DNA of 64,000 nucleotides from Vicinamibacterales bacterium. Lineage in GTDB: Bacteria > Acidobacteriota > Vicinamibacteria > Vicinamibacterales > UBA8438. This document shows, piece after piece, positions 21,018-31,332 of this stretch; position 1 is the first letter of the stretch, and the number at the start of each line of letters is the position of its first letter. The position numbers and the translations under genes are program-made. The notes beneath the pieces are model-generated. The model worked only from the letters and a program-made list of their open reading frames with translations, did no database searches and had not been told where the DNA came from. The DNA lies in NCBI GenBank assembly GCA_965263195.1, contig OZ253664.1, positions 3,893,045 through 3,957,044 on the forward strand, written 5' to 3'.

Positions 21018-21455
21018 TTGGCGTCGGCTCCTCACGTTAGAATGCCTGCCATGGCTTCCAGGCATGCCGACTGGCTTCGTCAGGCGGACGCCGATCTGCG
21101 GCTTGCCCGCCACGCGCGGGACGGCAACGCGCACGACTGGGCGTGTTTCGCTGCCCATCAGGCAGCGGAGAAGGCGCTCAAGGCTGTTTTGATGAGTCGC
21201 GGGACGGACGCCTGGGGCCACACGGTGACAGCGCTGCTCGGTGTCGTCACGTGCGACGACGATGCCGCGGAGGAGCTGACTGTTTGCGCCAAGACGCTCG
21301 ACAAGCACTACATTCCGACGCGCTACCCGAATGGCCTCGATGCGGGAGCGCCAACGGACTTCTATACGAGGAAGGATTCCGACGATGCCATCGCCTGCGC
21401 CGAACGGCTCAGCGCCTTCGCTCGTCGTCAAGTCGAACAACGAAGCGGCCGTTGA
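21018..21455 (+). CDS. HEPN domain protein (toxin-like half of a HEPN/MNT pair)
   Basis: ...DWLRQADADLRLA...WACFAAHQAAEKALKAVL...HYIPTRYPN, a classic HEPN helix pattern. Start could be 21018, 21042 or 21051. Confidence 0.8.
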   Translation: MASAPHVRMPAMASRHADWLRQADADLRLARHARDGNAHDWACFAAHQAAEKALKAVLMSRGTDAWGHTVTALLGVVTCDDDAAEELTVCAKTLDKHYIPTRYPNGLDAGAPTDFYTRKDSDDAIACAERLSAFARRQVEQRSGR

Positions 21456-21756
21456 GCGGGCGGTTCGCCGTTGGGTGGCAGGGATTGCTGCGCAGCGGTC
21501 CGAGGTGCGGCGCATCGTCTGGTTCGGGTCGCGCGTGAACGGGATTCCGTCTCCCGGCAGCGACGTCGACATCTGCCTGGTGCTCGCGCGCTCCGACAAG
21601 CCGTTCCGGGAGCGCGCCGCCGACTTCCTGCCGTTGGGATTTCCAGTGGGGCTGGATCTGTTTCCGTACACCCTGGAGGAGCTGGACCAACTGCGGCGCG
21701 ACCAGCCGTCGTGGCACCGGACGATCACTGCGGGCGTGGACCTGTTGCCCGGTTGA
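21385..21756 (+). CDS. minimal nucleotidyltransferase (MNT) domain protein
   Basis: RIVWFGSRVNGIPSPGSDVDICLVL is the GS-x10-DxD polymerase-beta-type motif. The only in-frame start I find is ATG 21385, which overlaps the HEPN gene by 71 nt. Confidence 0.75.
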   Translation: MPSPAPNGSAPSLVVKSNNEAAVERAVRRWVAGIAAQRSEVRRIVWFGSRVNGIPSPGSDVDICLVLARSDKPFRERAADFLPLGFPVGLDLFPYTLEELDQLRRDQPSWHRTITAGVDLLPG

Positions 21757-21801
21757 CGCTGCCGTAACGGCGGACCAGCCGCCCGCGGCGCCAACGCGCG
21801 C

Positions 21802-21840
21802 AAAAAAAGCCCCGCGCCGGCGTGGCGCGGGGCTTTTTTC
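21802..21840. terminator. bidirectional rho-independent terminator
   Basis: AAAAAAA-GCCCCGCGCC-ggcg-TGGCGCGGGGC-TTTTTT sits between the convergent MNT and NHL genes. An A-tract lies on one side and a T-tract on the other. Confidence 0.85.
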
Positions 21841-21863
21841 ATTGCCGTAACTCGACTGCGGCC

Positions 21864-23069
21864 TCAGTCGCCGCTGCTGCCCGGCCAGACGACGCCCTGG
21901 TGCGGCGTCCGGATGGGGCCCTCGCCCTTGTAGACGAACTTCTGCAGCCGCTTACCCTCGAACGTCTCCGTGGTGTAGATGTTGCCGAGCGAGTCGACCG
22001 CCACGTTGTGCGTGCCGTAGAACTGGCCCGGCTGGCGCCCGCCGTTCCCGAAGCTCGACACCATCGTCAGCGTCTTGCGCTCCACGATGTACACCTTCTC
22101 GTTCACGCCGTCGGCCACGTAGAGGTACTTCTGCTCCCCGTCGTGCGAGAAGGCGATGTCCCACACCGAGCCGGCGCCCAGCGTCTCCGTCTCGATGAAC
22201 ATCTCCTCGACGAAGGTGCCGTCGGGGTTGAACACCTGGACGCGGTCGTTCACCCGGTCGCAGACGTACAGCAGCCGGTCGTGCGACATCTCGGCGCAGT
22301 GCACGGGCGTGCGGAACTGCCGCGCCGGTGGCGCCCGCGGGTCGTAGCGGCCCAGGTCCGTGTCGTCCGGCACGTTGCCGTACGCGCCCCAGTAGCGCTT
22401 GAACTCGCCCGTGTCGGCGTCCAGCACCACCACGCGCCGGTTGCCGTAGCCGTCCGACACATACGCCTCGTTCGCCAGCGGGTCGACGGAGATCTCCGCC
22501 ACCCGGCTGAAGTTCTCCATGTCGTTGCTGCCCTGGCTCATCCCCGCCCGGCCGACCTGCAGCAGGAACTGCCCGTGCCGCGTGAACTTCAGCAGGTGCG
22601 CGTCCTCGGCGTCGTTGCCGCCGATCCAGACGTTGCCCTTGTAGTCGACCGTGACGCCGTGGTTCGAATTGGGCCACTCGTACCCTTCGCCCGGGCCGCC
22701 CCAGTGCCGCACCACGTTGCCCTGCGGGTCGAATTCGAGCACCGGCGGTGCCGGCACGCAGCAGTCGACCGCCACCTGCGGGTCGGCCGCCGCCTCGATC
22801 TCCCCGGCGTTGAGCGTGGAGGCGCGGTGCACGATCCAGACGTGGTCGCGGTCGTCCACCGATACGCCTATGGCCGCCCCGATCACCCAGTTGTTGGGCA
22901 GCGGCCGGGGCCAGAGCGGGTCGACCTCGAAGATCGGTCCCCAGGTCAAACCTTCCGTCTGTGCGACGGCCTTGCGCTCCAGCACCGCCTGGCCGGCGCC
23001 GAGTGCGAGCAGCAACGCGACCCCCACGATGCCGACCCACAGCTTGCGGTTGCGTAGCAGGCTTTTCAT
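21864..23069 (-). CDS. secreted NHL-repeat six-bladed beta-propeller protein
   Basis: ATG 23069 (MKSLLRNRKLWVGIVGVALLLALGAG) follows an SD. Repeated NHL-like blades are present (e.g. GQFYGTHNVAVDSLGNIYTTE, RLLYVCDRVNDRVQVF). The track ORF is extended 60 codons upstream. Confidence 0.78.
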   Translation of the reverse strand: MKSLLRNRKLWVGIVGVALLLALGAGQAVLERKAVAQTEGLTWGPIFEVDPLWPRPLPNNWVIGAAIGVSVDDRDHVWIVHRASTLNAGEIEAAADPQVAVDCCVPAPPVLEFDPQGNVVRHWGGPGEGYEWPNSNHGVTVDYKGNVWIGGNDAEDAHLLKFTRHGQFLLQVGRAGMSQGSNDMENFSRVAEISVDPLANEAYVSDGYGNRRVVVLDADTGEFKRYWGAYGNVPDDTDLGRYDPRAPPARQFRTPVHCAEMSHDRLLYVCDRVNDRVQVFNPDGTFVEEMFIETETLGAGSVWDIAFSHDGEQKYLYVADGVNEKVYIVERKTLTMVSSFGNGGRQPGQFYGTHNVAVDSLGNIYTTETFEGKRLQKFVYKGEGPIRTPHQGVVWPGSSGD

Positions 23070-23181
23070 GGCTCTCCTTCGCTCGATGTGCATGCGCCTC
23101 CACGGGGGCGGCGCCGACGGCCGAATGGTGGCACATGCACGGCCGGCGTGCAAGTGCGGACCGGCGCCGCGGCGCAATGCG

Positions 23182-24198
23182 TCAGCGGCCCGCCGCCTCC
23201 AGCACGCGCGCCCCGGCCAGAATGCCCTCCATGGCGTAATTGCCCTCATGGCAGGCGTATTCGAACAGCGCCTCGTCCGACCGCTCCAGCGGGATCATCA
23301 GCGTCCAGGGACTTTCCCAGGTGTCCGGATCGCTGAAGGTGACGACGTACTCGAGCGTATCCGGACCGATGCGCCGCAGCCGTTCGAAGACGTGCGTGTT
23401 CCGGGTCGCGCCGCGCAGCATCGACTGGTGCGAGTAGTTGGCGGTCTCGATCACCAGCGTGTCGCCCTCCCAGCGGGCGCGCGAGTCGCCGTGCCACAGG
23501 CGGATCGACGCGTCGAGCTGCCCCGGCTTGTCGATCGGAATGATGCGCGCGTCGTGGATCAGCTCCTGCAGGAACACCAGATGATCCGCCGTCTGCATGA
23601 CCTGGAAGTAGCTGTTGTAGCCGGCCAGCAGGTTCGGCACGCCGTAGGTGATGCAGCGCTCGGTGAGCGGCAGGCTCTCCGGACCGGCCGGGTGGTCGCC
23701 CGCCGGCGGGCGCGAGCCGAACCGCTCCAGCGCCGCGGCCGTGAACGCCGGGATGCGGCCGTCCGGCGGATCGACGATGAGCGACGTGCGGTTGTCGAGC
23801 TGCCGCTCCGCCAACCAGAACGAGTTGTAGTTGCCGGTGCCGGCATCGAACTCCTTGAAGTCCGGATCCTCCAGCACCTGCTGAATGAGCAGATCGCCGA
23901 GCAGGTTGCCCGCCTGCTCGTTCTCGCGCAGCTCGGCCGCGCGCTCCTGCAGCTCGGCCAGCTCCTCGTCGGTCAGCGACTCCTTGCCGGCCAGTGCCGT
24001 CGGCCGCTCAAACGGCGTCGCCGTGTTGTTCGACCAGATGCCCTGCAGGTCCGGCCGCCCGTCCGCCGTCAGCGGCGCCGTCCACCCCGACTCCTGCGCG
24101 ACCGCCTCCACCGCCGCCAACGCCAGCGCCGCCAGCACCACCGCCGCCACCGCCGCCAGCCGCCGGCCTCGGGCCGACGTCACGAATGCAGACCTCAT
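23182..24198 (-). CDS. secreted conserved hypothetical protein
   Basis: 338 aa, signal-like N-terminus (RGRRLAAVAAVVLAALALAAVEAVAQE), protein-like composition throughout. Family not recognised. Confidence 0.7.
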   Translation of the reverse strand: MRSAFVTSARGRRLAAVAAVVLAALALAAVEAVAQESGWTAPLTADGRPDLQGIWSNNTATPFERPTALAGKESLTDEELAELQERAAELRENEQAGNLLGDLLIQQVLEDPDFKEFDAGTGNYNSFWLAERQLDNRTSLIVDPPDGRIPAFTAAALERFGSRPPAGDHPAGPESLPLTERCITYGVPNLLAGYNSYFQVMQTADHLVFLQELIHDARIIPIDKPGQLDASIRLWHGDSRARWEGDTLVIETANYSHQSMLRGATRNTHVFERLRRIGPDTLEYVVTFSDPDTWESPWTLMIPLERSDEALFEYACHEGNYAMEGILAGARVLEAAGR

Positions 24199-24313
24199 CG
24201 ATTCCTCCCCGAGGACCCACCCTGACCGGCCCTCCCTGTAACCGCCGTAACCGCCATGGTTTCCGAGAGGTGCGGCGGAGATGCAAGCCGTTGCCCGCCG
24301 CTTCCGCGTCTAC

Positions 24314-24322
24314 TGCTAGAAT
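24314..24322 (+). promoter_or_regulatory. extended -10 promoter element (TGCTAGAAT) upstream of ssrA
   Basis: TGnTAGAAT lies 21 nt upstream of the mature tmRNA 5' end. No good -35 at 17-nt spacing. Confidence 0.4.
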
Positions 24323-24342
24323 ATCCCCTACCGGTCACCAAG

Positions 24343-24694
24343 GGGGGCGACACGGCTTCGACGGGGGTGATGGATCCGCTGGATGCATGCCGAGCACCAT
24401 CGACTCGCTAATCCGATGGAACCTGATGTAACTGCGGACACGCAGCTGCCTCTGGCCGCGTAAAACGCGACCCGTCCACCCCGCCATCGCCCGCGTGACG
24501 GGATTGGGCGTCATTTAGTGGGCTGGCCTTCAGGCGCCGTCTCGACGCCTGCCGGCAAGACTTTTCGGGACTGGCTCCCGGTTTTTTTCGCCATCCTTCG
24601 ATGCCGGGAGCGAGACTTGCAAGGACGGACAAGCATGTAGATTCCGGCGGAAACGCACTTTCGGACGCGGGTTCGACTCCCGCCGCCTCCACCA
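24343..24694 (+). ncRNA. ssrA: tmRNA (ssrA), tag peptide ADTQLPLAA
   Basis: 5' GGGGGCGACACGGCTTCGACGGGG and 3' GGACGCGGGTTCGACTCCCGCCGCCTCCACCA form a tRNA-Ala-like acceptor with G3-U70. Resume codon GCG 24434 follows ...GUAACU, and the tag GCG GAC ACG CAG CTG CCT CTG GCC GCG TAA ends at 24463. Confidence 0.93.
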
Positions 24695-24700
24695 GCCTTC

Positions 24701-24723
24701 GCTCGCCGGTTTGCTAGGCGAGC
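24701..24723 (+). terminator. stem-loop just after ssrA (possible terminator or processing hairpin)
   Basis: GCTCGCC-ggtttgcta-GGCGAGC, a 7-bp stem 6 nt after CCA. No U-tract. Confidence 0.3.
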
Positions 24724-24804
24724 TACGGCTGGCGGGCCATAGCGCAACTATCAGCGAAGGCGGGCCCTGCGAGCTTCGGCAGGCGCCTTGCACGTTGCAC
24801 GTGC

Positions 24805-24996
24805 GTGGCCGGTCGCAACATCGTCTATCTCCTGCAGTCCGAGCAACACCCGCAGCAGCACTACGTTGGCCTGACGCAGAATCTGCGATGCCGGCTCGCC
24901 GCCCACAACGCCGGTCGGTCGACGCATACGGCGAAGCATCGACCGTGGCGTGTCGTTATCGCGGTCTGGTTCGGTGACGCGGCACACGCCCGCTGA
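24805..24996 (+). pseudogene. GIY-YIG nuclease family gene, 3'-truncated by an IS6 remnant
   Basis: (M)AGRNIVYLLQSEQHPQQHYVGLTQNLRCRLAAHNAGRSTHTAKHRPWRVV... is the small GIY-YIG pattern. The frame ends where IS6 homology starts (24992). Confidence 0.65.
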
Positions 24997-25312
24997 AGAT
25001 CTCCTCGCGCAGCGAGGCGTGACGGTCACCTACGAGACGATTCGGCAGTGGTGCCAGCGGTTCGGTCCGGTCTACGCCCGCCGGATGCGGCGCTTCACGT
25101 CGGCCGCCCACGTGCAACGGTTCGCGTCGGTACACGGAGTTGTGCAGAATCTCTTTCGAGTCGGGCGACATCTACTCCGGTCGAGGCACCACCGCGTGTT
25201 CCGAAAGCGGGCGTTCGTCGAATGGGATGCGGCGACGTGTGCGTGCTGAACGAGCGAGGGCGAACGACCTCGAGGCGGAGCAGCGCACTGTCCACACCAA
25301 GTTGACAGTGCC
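24992..25312 (+). mobile_element. IS6-family remnant (two joined internal/3' blocks, right IR intact)
   Basis: 24992-25080 matches 51612-51700 and 25084-25312 matches 52046-52240 of the fuller copy, implying about 345 bp deleted internally. It ends in ...AAGTTGACAGTGCC, reverse complement GGCACTGTCAAC (IS26-like IR). Confidence 0.85.
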
Positions 25313-25654
25313 GTGCCCAAAGCGATCGGTGATCAACTCGCCTCGGCTTACTATCGGGCTATGTTGCCGTGGGGGGCTGCGCGGTTCGACGACGAACACG
25401 AACTCGAGAACTTTCCCCATCTAGATGCGGTTCGGTTCGTCCGCTACGACGCACTCGATACACTTAGAGACAAGATTTCAGACCAGTCATCGCTCCTGCA
25501 GCATCGAGGTTTCGCCTTTGCATTGAAGCGAAATGAGCATGCCCGCAGTTTCATTCTCGCTGGGCGTGACACTGACGCGATCATCGACGCGATTGAGAGA
25601 CTTGGGAGCCTCAAGGCGCTGCGGGCCAACGGATTGCTTTTCCTCATCGAATAG
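25313..25654 (+). CDS. hypothetical protein, probably 5'-truncated at the IS6 end
   Basis: A 113-aa, more AT-rich ORF starting exactly at the IS6 boundary. Internal ATG at 25361. No family recognised. Confidence 0.4.
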   Translation: MPKAIGDQLASAYYRAMLPWGAARFDDEHELENFPHLDAVRFVRYDALDTLRDKISDQSSLLQHRGFAFALKRNEHARSFILAGRDTDAIIDAIERLGSLKALRANGLLFLIE

Positions 25655-25699
25655 CGTCACGTGCGCAGAGTGCTTGTACCACCGAGACAGTACGGCGTC

Positions 25700-26473
25700 C
25701 TACGGCCCTGCGGGTTCGACGTCGGCCATTTCGAGTACGCGTGCGGTAGGCGTTGCGGCCAGGTCCCCGGAGGACCGCCCGGAAGCGGCCATGGCTTGAT
25801 CCACGAGATAGGTGCCGGCCCGGAATCCTATCCATCTTCTGCCGTCCGGATGGCGATACATCCACTGGTTCAGATCCGCCGACCCAGGGAGGATCGCGAG
25901 CTCGGCCACCCAGGCCGCCACGTTGTCCGGGTAGTTGCTGAAGGGATAACGAGCCCCCGCATAGTCGCGCTCAAAGGCCGCTGCCATCCCTTCAGTGATC
26001 ACGTGATCCATCAAGGACACTCGGGGGATAGCCGCCTCCCTGACCAAGTGGTGCAATTCGTGAAACAGCATCGCGCGCAAATGCACCTCGGCGGTTGCAA
26101 GGACACCGCCGCCGCGGTTGGGATCCACTGACCAGTAGATCCTGTCCGGAGCGACGGCCGTGGCCGCAGCGTTGGTCATTGCACCCACGTTGTCGTCCGC
26201 ATCGACTCGGAGCGCGATTCTCTCGGGCAACGCGGTCAGGAGTTGCCTGACTTCGGCAATGGTGCCGCGGGTAATGCGCTCGATCGCACGGCGTTCTGCT
26301 ACGGAGAAGCGATGCTCGACCTCTCGATACTCGACGACCAATTCATCCGCCTTGCACGCCGCACACAACACGCCCAGCAGAATGCAGGCAAGCCTCGCCA
26401 AGGCTGAACGCGACGGGCTGCACCGGAGTCGTTTCCCTCCCCTTCGGCTAGCATAATTCCTATGGTTCAGCAA
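25700..26473 (-). CDS. putative lipoprotein zinc metalloprotease (HExxH, DUF2268-like)
   Basis: 257 aa: lipobox-like LLGVLCAAC, HExxH motif in MLFHELHHLVRE. The family name is from memory. Confidence 0.65.
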   Translation of the reverse strand: MLNHRNYASRRGGKRLRCSPSRSALARLACILLGVLCAACKADELVVEYREVEHRFSVAERRAIERITRGTIAEVRQLLTALPERIALRVDADDNVGAMTNAAATAVAPDRIYWSVDPNRGGGVLATAEVHLRAMLFHELHHLVREAAIPRVSLMDHVITEGMAAAFERDYAGARYPFSNYPDNVAAWVAELAILPGSADLNQWMYRHPDGRRWIGFRAGTYLVDQAMAASGRSSGDLAATPTARVLEMADVEPAGP

Positions 26474-28546
26474 GGTCTGTCATCTGCTCCGGTACCGAAA
26501 AGGCGACTATCGCGTCCCCCAGTTCGAGCCCCGTAATCGCGTTGCCGCCGGCGAAGATCACGACGTACTGGCGCCCCTCCCACATGTAGGTCATAGGTGT
26601 CGCGAGGCCGGGAGCGGGCAGATCGCCCTTCCAGCGCTCCTCGCCCGTAGCGACGTCGAACGCTCGCAACGAGTTGTCCATCGTGGCCCCGATGAAGACG
26701 AGGCCACCGGCAGTTATGAGGGGGCCACCGAGATTCGGTGTGCCGAGCGCAATGCCAATCTCGCCCAATGTCTTGCGCCAGACGATCTCGCCGCTCGCGA
26801 GATCGACTCCGGCAAGCACACCCCAAGGCGGCGGGGTGCAGGGGATACCGAGTGGTGACATGAGCAGCTCGCGCTTCATGCCGAACGGTGCACCCGCCTG
26901 TGTCGACACCTCCTCGTCGGGGAACGCCTGCCGCACCGCATCGATCTCTTCGGCCGGAATGAGCTGGACGTGATGCGCGACACTGCTCATGTTGATCACG
27001 AGGAGGTTGCGCGTCGGATCGAACGCTGCGCGCCCCAGTTTGCGCCGCCGCCGGTAAAGGGATACAGGATGGTCCCCTGCTCCGACGGTGGCGTGAAGAG
27101 ACCCTCCGATCACGCGCTCGCGATTTGCTGGCGGCACGCGCGGCGATCGAACCAGGTGATGCCAAACGCGTCGTCTGGGGAGAGTCGGTTCGGTACGACA
27201 GGCGGCGTCACCGCAGGAAAAGGCTGGGTCGGAGAGAGCGCCTCCCCGGGCGTCCCAGTCTGATCGACCGGGCGTTCCTCGATCGGCAGAAATGGCTCGC
27301 CCGTCGCGCGGTCGAGGACGAAGACAAAGCCGGTCTTGGTGACTTGGGCAACCACGTCGTGCAGTTGGGCGTCTCGCCACACCGAGTACAAACCCGGCTG
27401 CGCCGGCACGTCGTAGTCCCAGATGTCGTGGTGCACGGTCTGAAAGCTCCACCGCAGCTCACCGGATGCCGCGTCGAGCGCCACGACGGCGTTCGCGTGA
27501 CGGTTGTCGCCAGGGCGCAGGCCACCGAAGAAGTCGGGACTGGGGCTTGTCGTCGGGACGAAGACCAACCCGCGGTGCTCGTCCACCGCCAGGGGCGCCC
27601 ACGCGTTTGCGTGGCCCTCGCGGGGCGGGTATGTTCCCTGCCAGCTTGTGATCGCCGGGTCGCCCGCGGTTCGCGGAATGGGATCCCACTCCCACCGTGG
27701 AGCGCCGCTTCACGCGTCGAAAGCGCGCACCGAGCCGACCGGCGCCGCTACGCGGGCGTTGTCGCCGATGGCCGACCCGACGACGACGGTGTCACCGACG
27801 ACGACCGGCGGCGACGTCATCTGGAACTCGCCGGGCCATAGCAACTCCATTCCCGGGTCGACGTGAACCTGGCCGTTCCTGCCGAAGGTGTCGCACGGCT
27901 GGCCCGTCGCCGCATCGACGGCAATCAACCGTGCGTCGTTCGTCCCCATGAAGATGCGGCTGGCGCACGCCGGCGAAGGGTGCGGATCGCGCCAATGGGT
28001 GACGCCACGGCACACGAACTGATTGGCGGGGCGCTGGTCGAGATCAATCTCCGGATCGAACCGCCAGCGCTGGCTGCCGTTCCCAGGGTCGAGCGCGATG
28101 ATCTCGTTGAAGGGCGTGCAGAAGACGAGCGAATCTTCGACCAGAATCGGCGTCGCCTGACCGGCGGACTGGTCCATCAGCTCGGCTTTGGCGGTTAGGT
28201 CCCCGGTCCGATATTCCCAGACCGGCATGAGCGCGGCGACGTTTTCGACGCTGATCTGGCTCGCTCGGCTGTACCGGTGTCCGCCCGCGTCACCGCCGTA
28301 ATGGGACCAGCCATGGCCAACGTCGATAGTGTGTGCCGGGCGGTCGGTCAGCCTGGCAACGCCATCGATGTCCAGTCCGTGAGCGCCAGCGGCGTACCAA
28401 ACCATCGAACCGCCGAGCAGCGAGGTGATAGCAAGCGCCGTGCACCCGATGGTGAGCCACAGCGCAACGCGTCGCAACGACAATTTATCCAGATCCAAGA
28501 AGGGTCGCCAGCCGATTCTAGCAGCCCGTGGCAGAAACCCGTCCAT
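26460..28546 (-). pseudogene. membrane-bound PQQ-dependent glucose/quinate-type dehydrogenase, inactivated
   Basis: Collinear with Gcd-type enzymes but broken by in-frame TGA 27710-27712 (AFDA*SGAPRWEWDP), in-frame TGA 27110-27112 (QQIASA*SEGLFTPPSEQGTILYP) and a 1-nt frameshift just after GGGANWG (about 27030-27040). Confidence 0.85.
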
Positions 28547-28620
28547 GTAGCCCCGACGGGAGAGCCTGAATCAAGCCAAAATGCAACGTAAAATAGACTG
28601 CGGTCCCAGGAAATGTCCAG

Positions 28621-29001
28621 CTAGAACGCGACCGCGCCGACCCGCAGCAGATTGGTCAGGTAGGCGACCGCGTTCGACGTGCGTCTCTTGAAGTAGAAGA
28701 CCCGTCCCTGCTCATGCTCGCTGACGTGATAGCACTCCCACCGCTCCCGTCCCATCGCATTGAGCCGTTCGTCCACGTCTCCCAGATCAGCGTGGGCCAC
28801 CTCGAGTGACGTGTATTCGATGGCCCAGAGAGCCTGGAGCTCTGCTGCCGACAGCTCGCGCACGTCGTTTGCCCTCGTTCGCGCGTCGTCCAGGATTCCC
28901 TGAGCACCCTCTCGCAACTCAGCCAACGGGTCCTGTCGGCATCCAACCGAGAGGACTGCGAGTGACACGCCGATTAGTATGATTCGCATCATCGCTTTCA
29001 T
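28621..29001 (-). CDS. hypothetical lipoprotein
   Basis: MKAMMRIILIGVSLAVLSVGC lipobox, 126 aa, more AT-rich than the flanks. The track ORF is extended 36 codons upstream. Confidence 0.6.
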   Translation of the reverse strand: MKAMMRIILIGVSLAVLSVGCRQDPLAELREGAQGILDDARTRANDVRELSAAELQALWAIEYTSLEVAHADLGDVDERLNAMGRERWECYHVSEHEQGRVFYFKRRTSNAVAYLTNLLRVGAVAF

Positions 29002-29138
29002 CCCTTTGTAATCGGTGACAGCGCGGGGCATCCCCCGCGCGGTTTCTCCGTCGTCTGAACGAGATCCATCCGCGCAAGCCGAACATTCAGCAGTGGGCTG
29101 GTGTCCCACTGGCCCACCCTCCAGGGTCTACACCGGCC

Positions 29139-30473
29139 CGCAATGCGAGCAGCAAGGCGTCGACGAGGGCATAGGCGCGGCCCTGGAGGCCGCGCGGCGT
29201 CCCGACGCCGAGCAGTTGCCGCATGAGCAGCCCGAGATTCAAGCCGCAGACCTGCAGGAGCAGGCGCTTGAGGATGTTGCCGTGTCCGCGCAGATGCACC
29301 CGGCGCATCCCTCCGGTGGCGTAGAGATGCGCATTGGGACGTTCGAGGCGTTCACCGCGCCGACGCAGCAGCCGCTTACCGCGTGCGCCGCGAATCCGTC
29401 GCCGGTTGGCATACACCGCGTCACGGGCGACGTGCTTCCCGCGCCAGTTGCGCCGGCCCCGGTCGGGCTCCGACACGTAGCTGCGGATCTCCACCGCGGC
29501 CAACGTGACCAGTGTCTGGTTGCTGTGGTAGCCCTTGTCGCAGACCAGCTCCGCGATGCCGGGCCCCGCCGGCAGCACCGCGTCGACCTGCTCGGCGGCG
29601 GTAACCAGCGTCTCGAGCATCGTCTGGGTATCGCCCGCATCCGCGTCCTGGACACTGACGCCGACCACCGCGCCCGTCTCCAGGTCCACGGCGCGGTTGG
29701 CCTTGTGCGCCAAGCGCGTCCTGCCGTCCTTCATCTTCGTGATCTTCGCGTCCGGGTCCTTGGGATGCGTCCAGTCGTCGTTGGACCCCTTCTTCGGGCG
29801 CTTGCGGTCGAAGCGGGCCAGTTCGGGCGCGCGTCGGCGTGGGGATGCCCGACGCCGCCGCCAGTCCGCGCAGGAACGTCTCGTAATCCGCGCCCGTATC
29901 CCGGCGTACGATGCTGCGAAGCGCCGCATTGGCTTCCAGCGTCGTCGCGTCGATGCCGACCGTCTTGCCCCCGACCAGGCCCGCGTCGGCCAGCCGCTGC
30001 AGCACCCAGGTGAAGACCGCCAGGTGCGTCTCGACGTCGATCCGACGCCGCGTGCGCGACACCGTCGAGTGGTCCGGCGGCGCCGCGTCGAGCGACACGT
30101 CGAGCAGCTGCCGCAGGCTCAGCGAATCGGCGGCCCGCCACGCAATCGCCCGTTCCGAGTCCAGCCCCTCGAAGTAGCCGAGCAGCAGCATCCGGAAGTA
30201 GCGGCCCGGCGCCAGACTCGGCCGACCGACCCCGTCGGCATAGAACTTGGCGCACTGCTGCTCGACGAAGGCGTCGAAGCCCGCCGCGTCGAGAACACGA
30301 TTCAGGCGTTCGTAAAACGGATGGCCCGCGCTGCGCGGCAGGTCCGAACTGGACACCCACATCGACGGCTGCCGCCCGCAACGGCGGCGCTTGCCCATTG
30401 CCATGGAAGGAAGTGTAGTACGTCAGATCGACCCTGTCGATCCCTATCCCGGACTTTCACCACAGGCTGCTAG
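29139..30473 (-). mobile_element. IS5/IS1182-like insertion sequence, copy 1 (left 142 bp missing)
   Basis: Near-identical to 34086-35420 (constant offset 4947). It keeps the ...CCACAGGCTGCTAG end but lacks the other IR. The transposase lies in two frames (29421-30404 N-part, 29087-29929 C-part). Confidence 0.88.
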
Positions 30474-30475
30474 AA

Positions 30476-31165
30476 ATCACACCGGAGGATTTCGCGGCGT
30501 ACCTGTACGGCGTATTGGCTCATCCGGCATTTACTGAGCACTATTCCGAACAACTGGAGACACGCGAGCTGCGCGTGCCGATGACCAGGGACCGTGGTCT
30601 GTTCGAGGCATTGCGCGAGGCGGGAGTGAAGCTGCTCCGCCTGCACAGCTACGGTGAACGTTTCGTTCCCGATGGCGAACCACGAGGCCGTGTTACGACC
30701 GGATCGGCCAGGTGCACGAAGGCCGTTCCCGGCAATGCGGACGATTACCCGGAGTCGTTCCGGCACGACGCCGAGGCGCGAACCCTGCACGTGGGCCGAG
30801 GCGAGTTCGCCGGTGTCGCACCGGAGGTATTCAAGTTCGAGGTATCGGGCCTAAAGGTCGTGCAGTCGTGGCTCCGATACCGAATGAAGAACGGCGCGGG
30901 CCGGAAGTCCTCACCCCTCAACAACATCCATCCCGAGCGGTGGACCTCGGAGTTCACCACCGAATTACTCGAACTGCTCTGGGTGCTCGAAACCACCGTC
31001 GAGGGTTACCCGAAACAGCAAGAACTGCTCGAAGCCGTCGTTGCTGGCGACTGCTTCCGGGCCGATGAACTCCCCGTCGTCCCGGACGAAATGCGCAAGC
31101 TGCCGAGAGCGCAGGTCTCCAGAAACCGCCAACTGCCGCGCCATGCCGGACAGCTCGCGCTTTAG
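30476..31165 (+). pseudogene. C-terminal fragment of a type ISP / N6-methyltransferase-type restriction-modification enzyme, 5'-truncated by the IS
   Basis: ITPEDFAAYLYGVLAHPAFTEHYSEQLETRELRVPMT...LKVVQSWLRYRMKNGAGRK... begins directly at the IS end. This pattern is typical of type ISP C-terminal domains (from memory). Confidence 0.65.
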
Positions 31166-31210
31166 CCGGTCCTGAGGAACCGGAGGATCGCCTTCCAGCG
31201 CCTCGCGGAC

Positions 31211-31219
31211 TGCTAGAAT
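31211..31219 (+). promoter_or_regulatory. extended -10-like element TGCTAGAAT sharing an 11-mer with the ssrA promoter
   Basis: ACTGCTAGAAT..CCTACCG here versus ACTGCTAGAAT...CCTACCG upstream of ssrA (24311-24334). No annotated + strand gene lies downstream. Confidence 0.25.
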
Positions 31220-31332
31220 TCCTACCGATAAGTCCCGTTATCGTGAAAGATTCACTCGCCCAGATCGCCCCGGCCGACACCGCGATCGGCCGGCCGAGCG
31301 CGACCGCTGAACGATACTAGCCCGCCCGCCAG

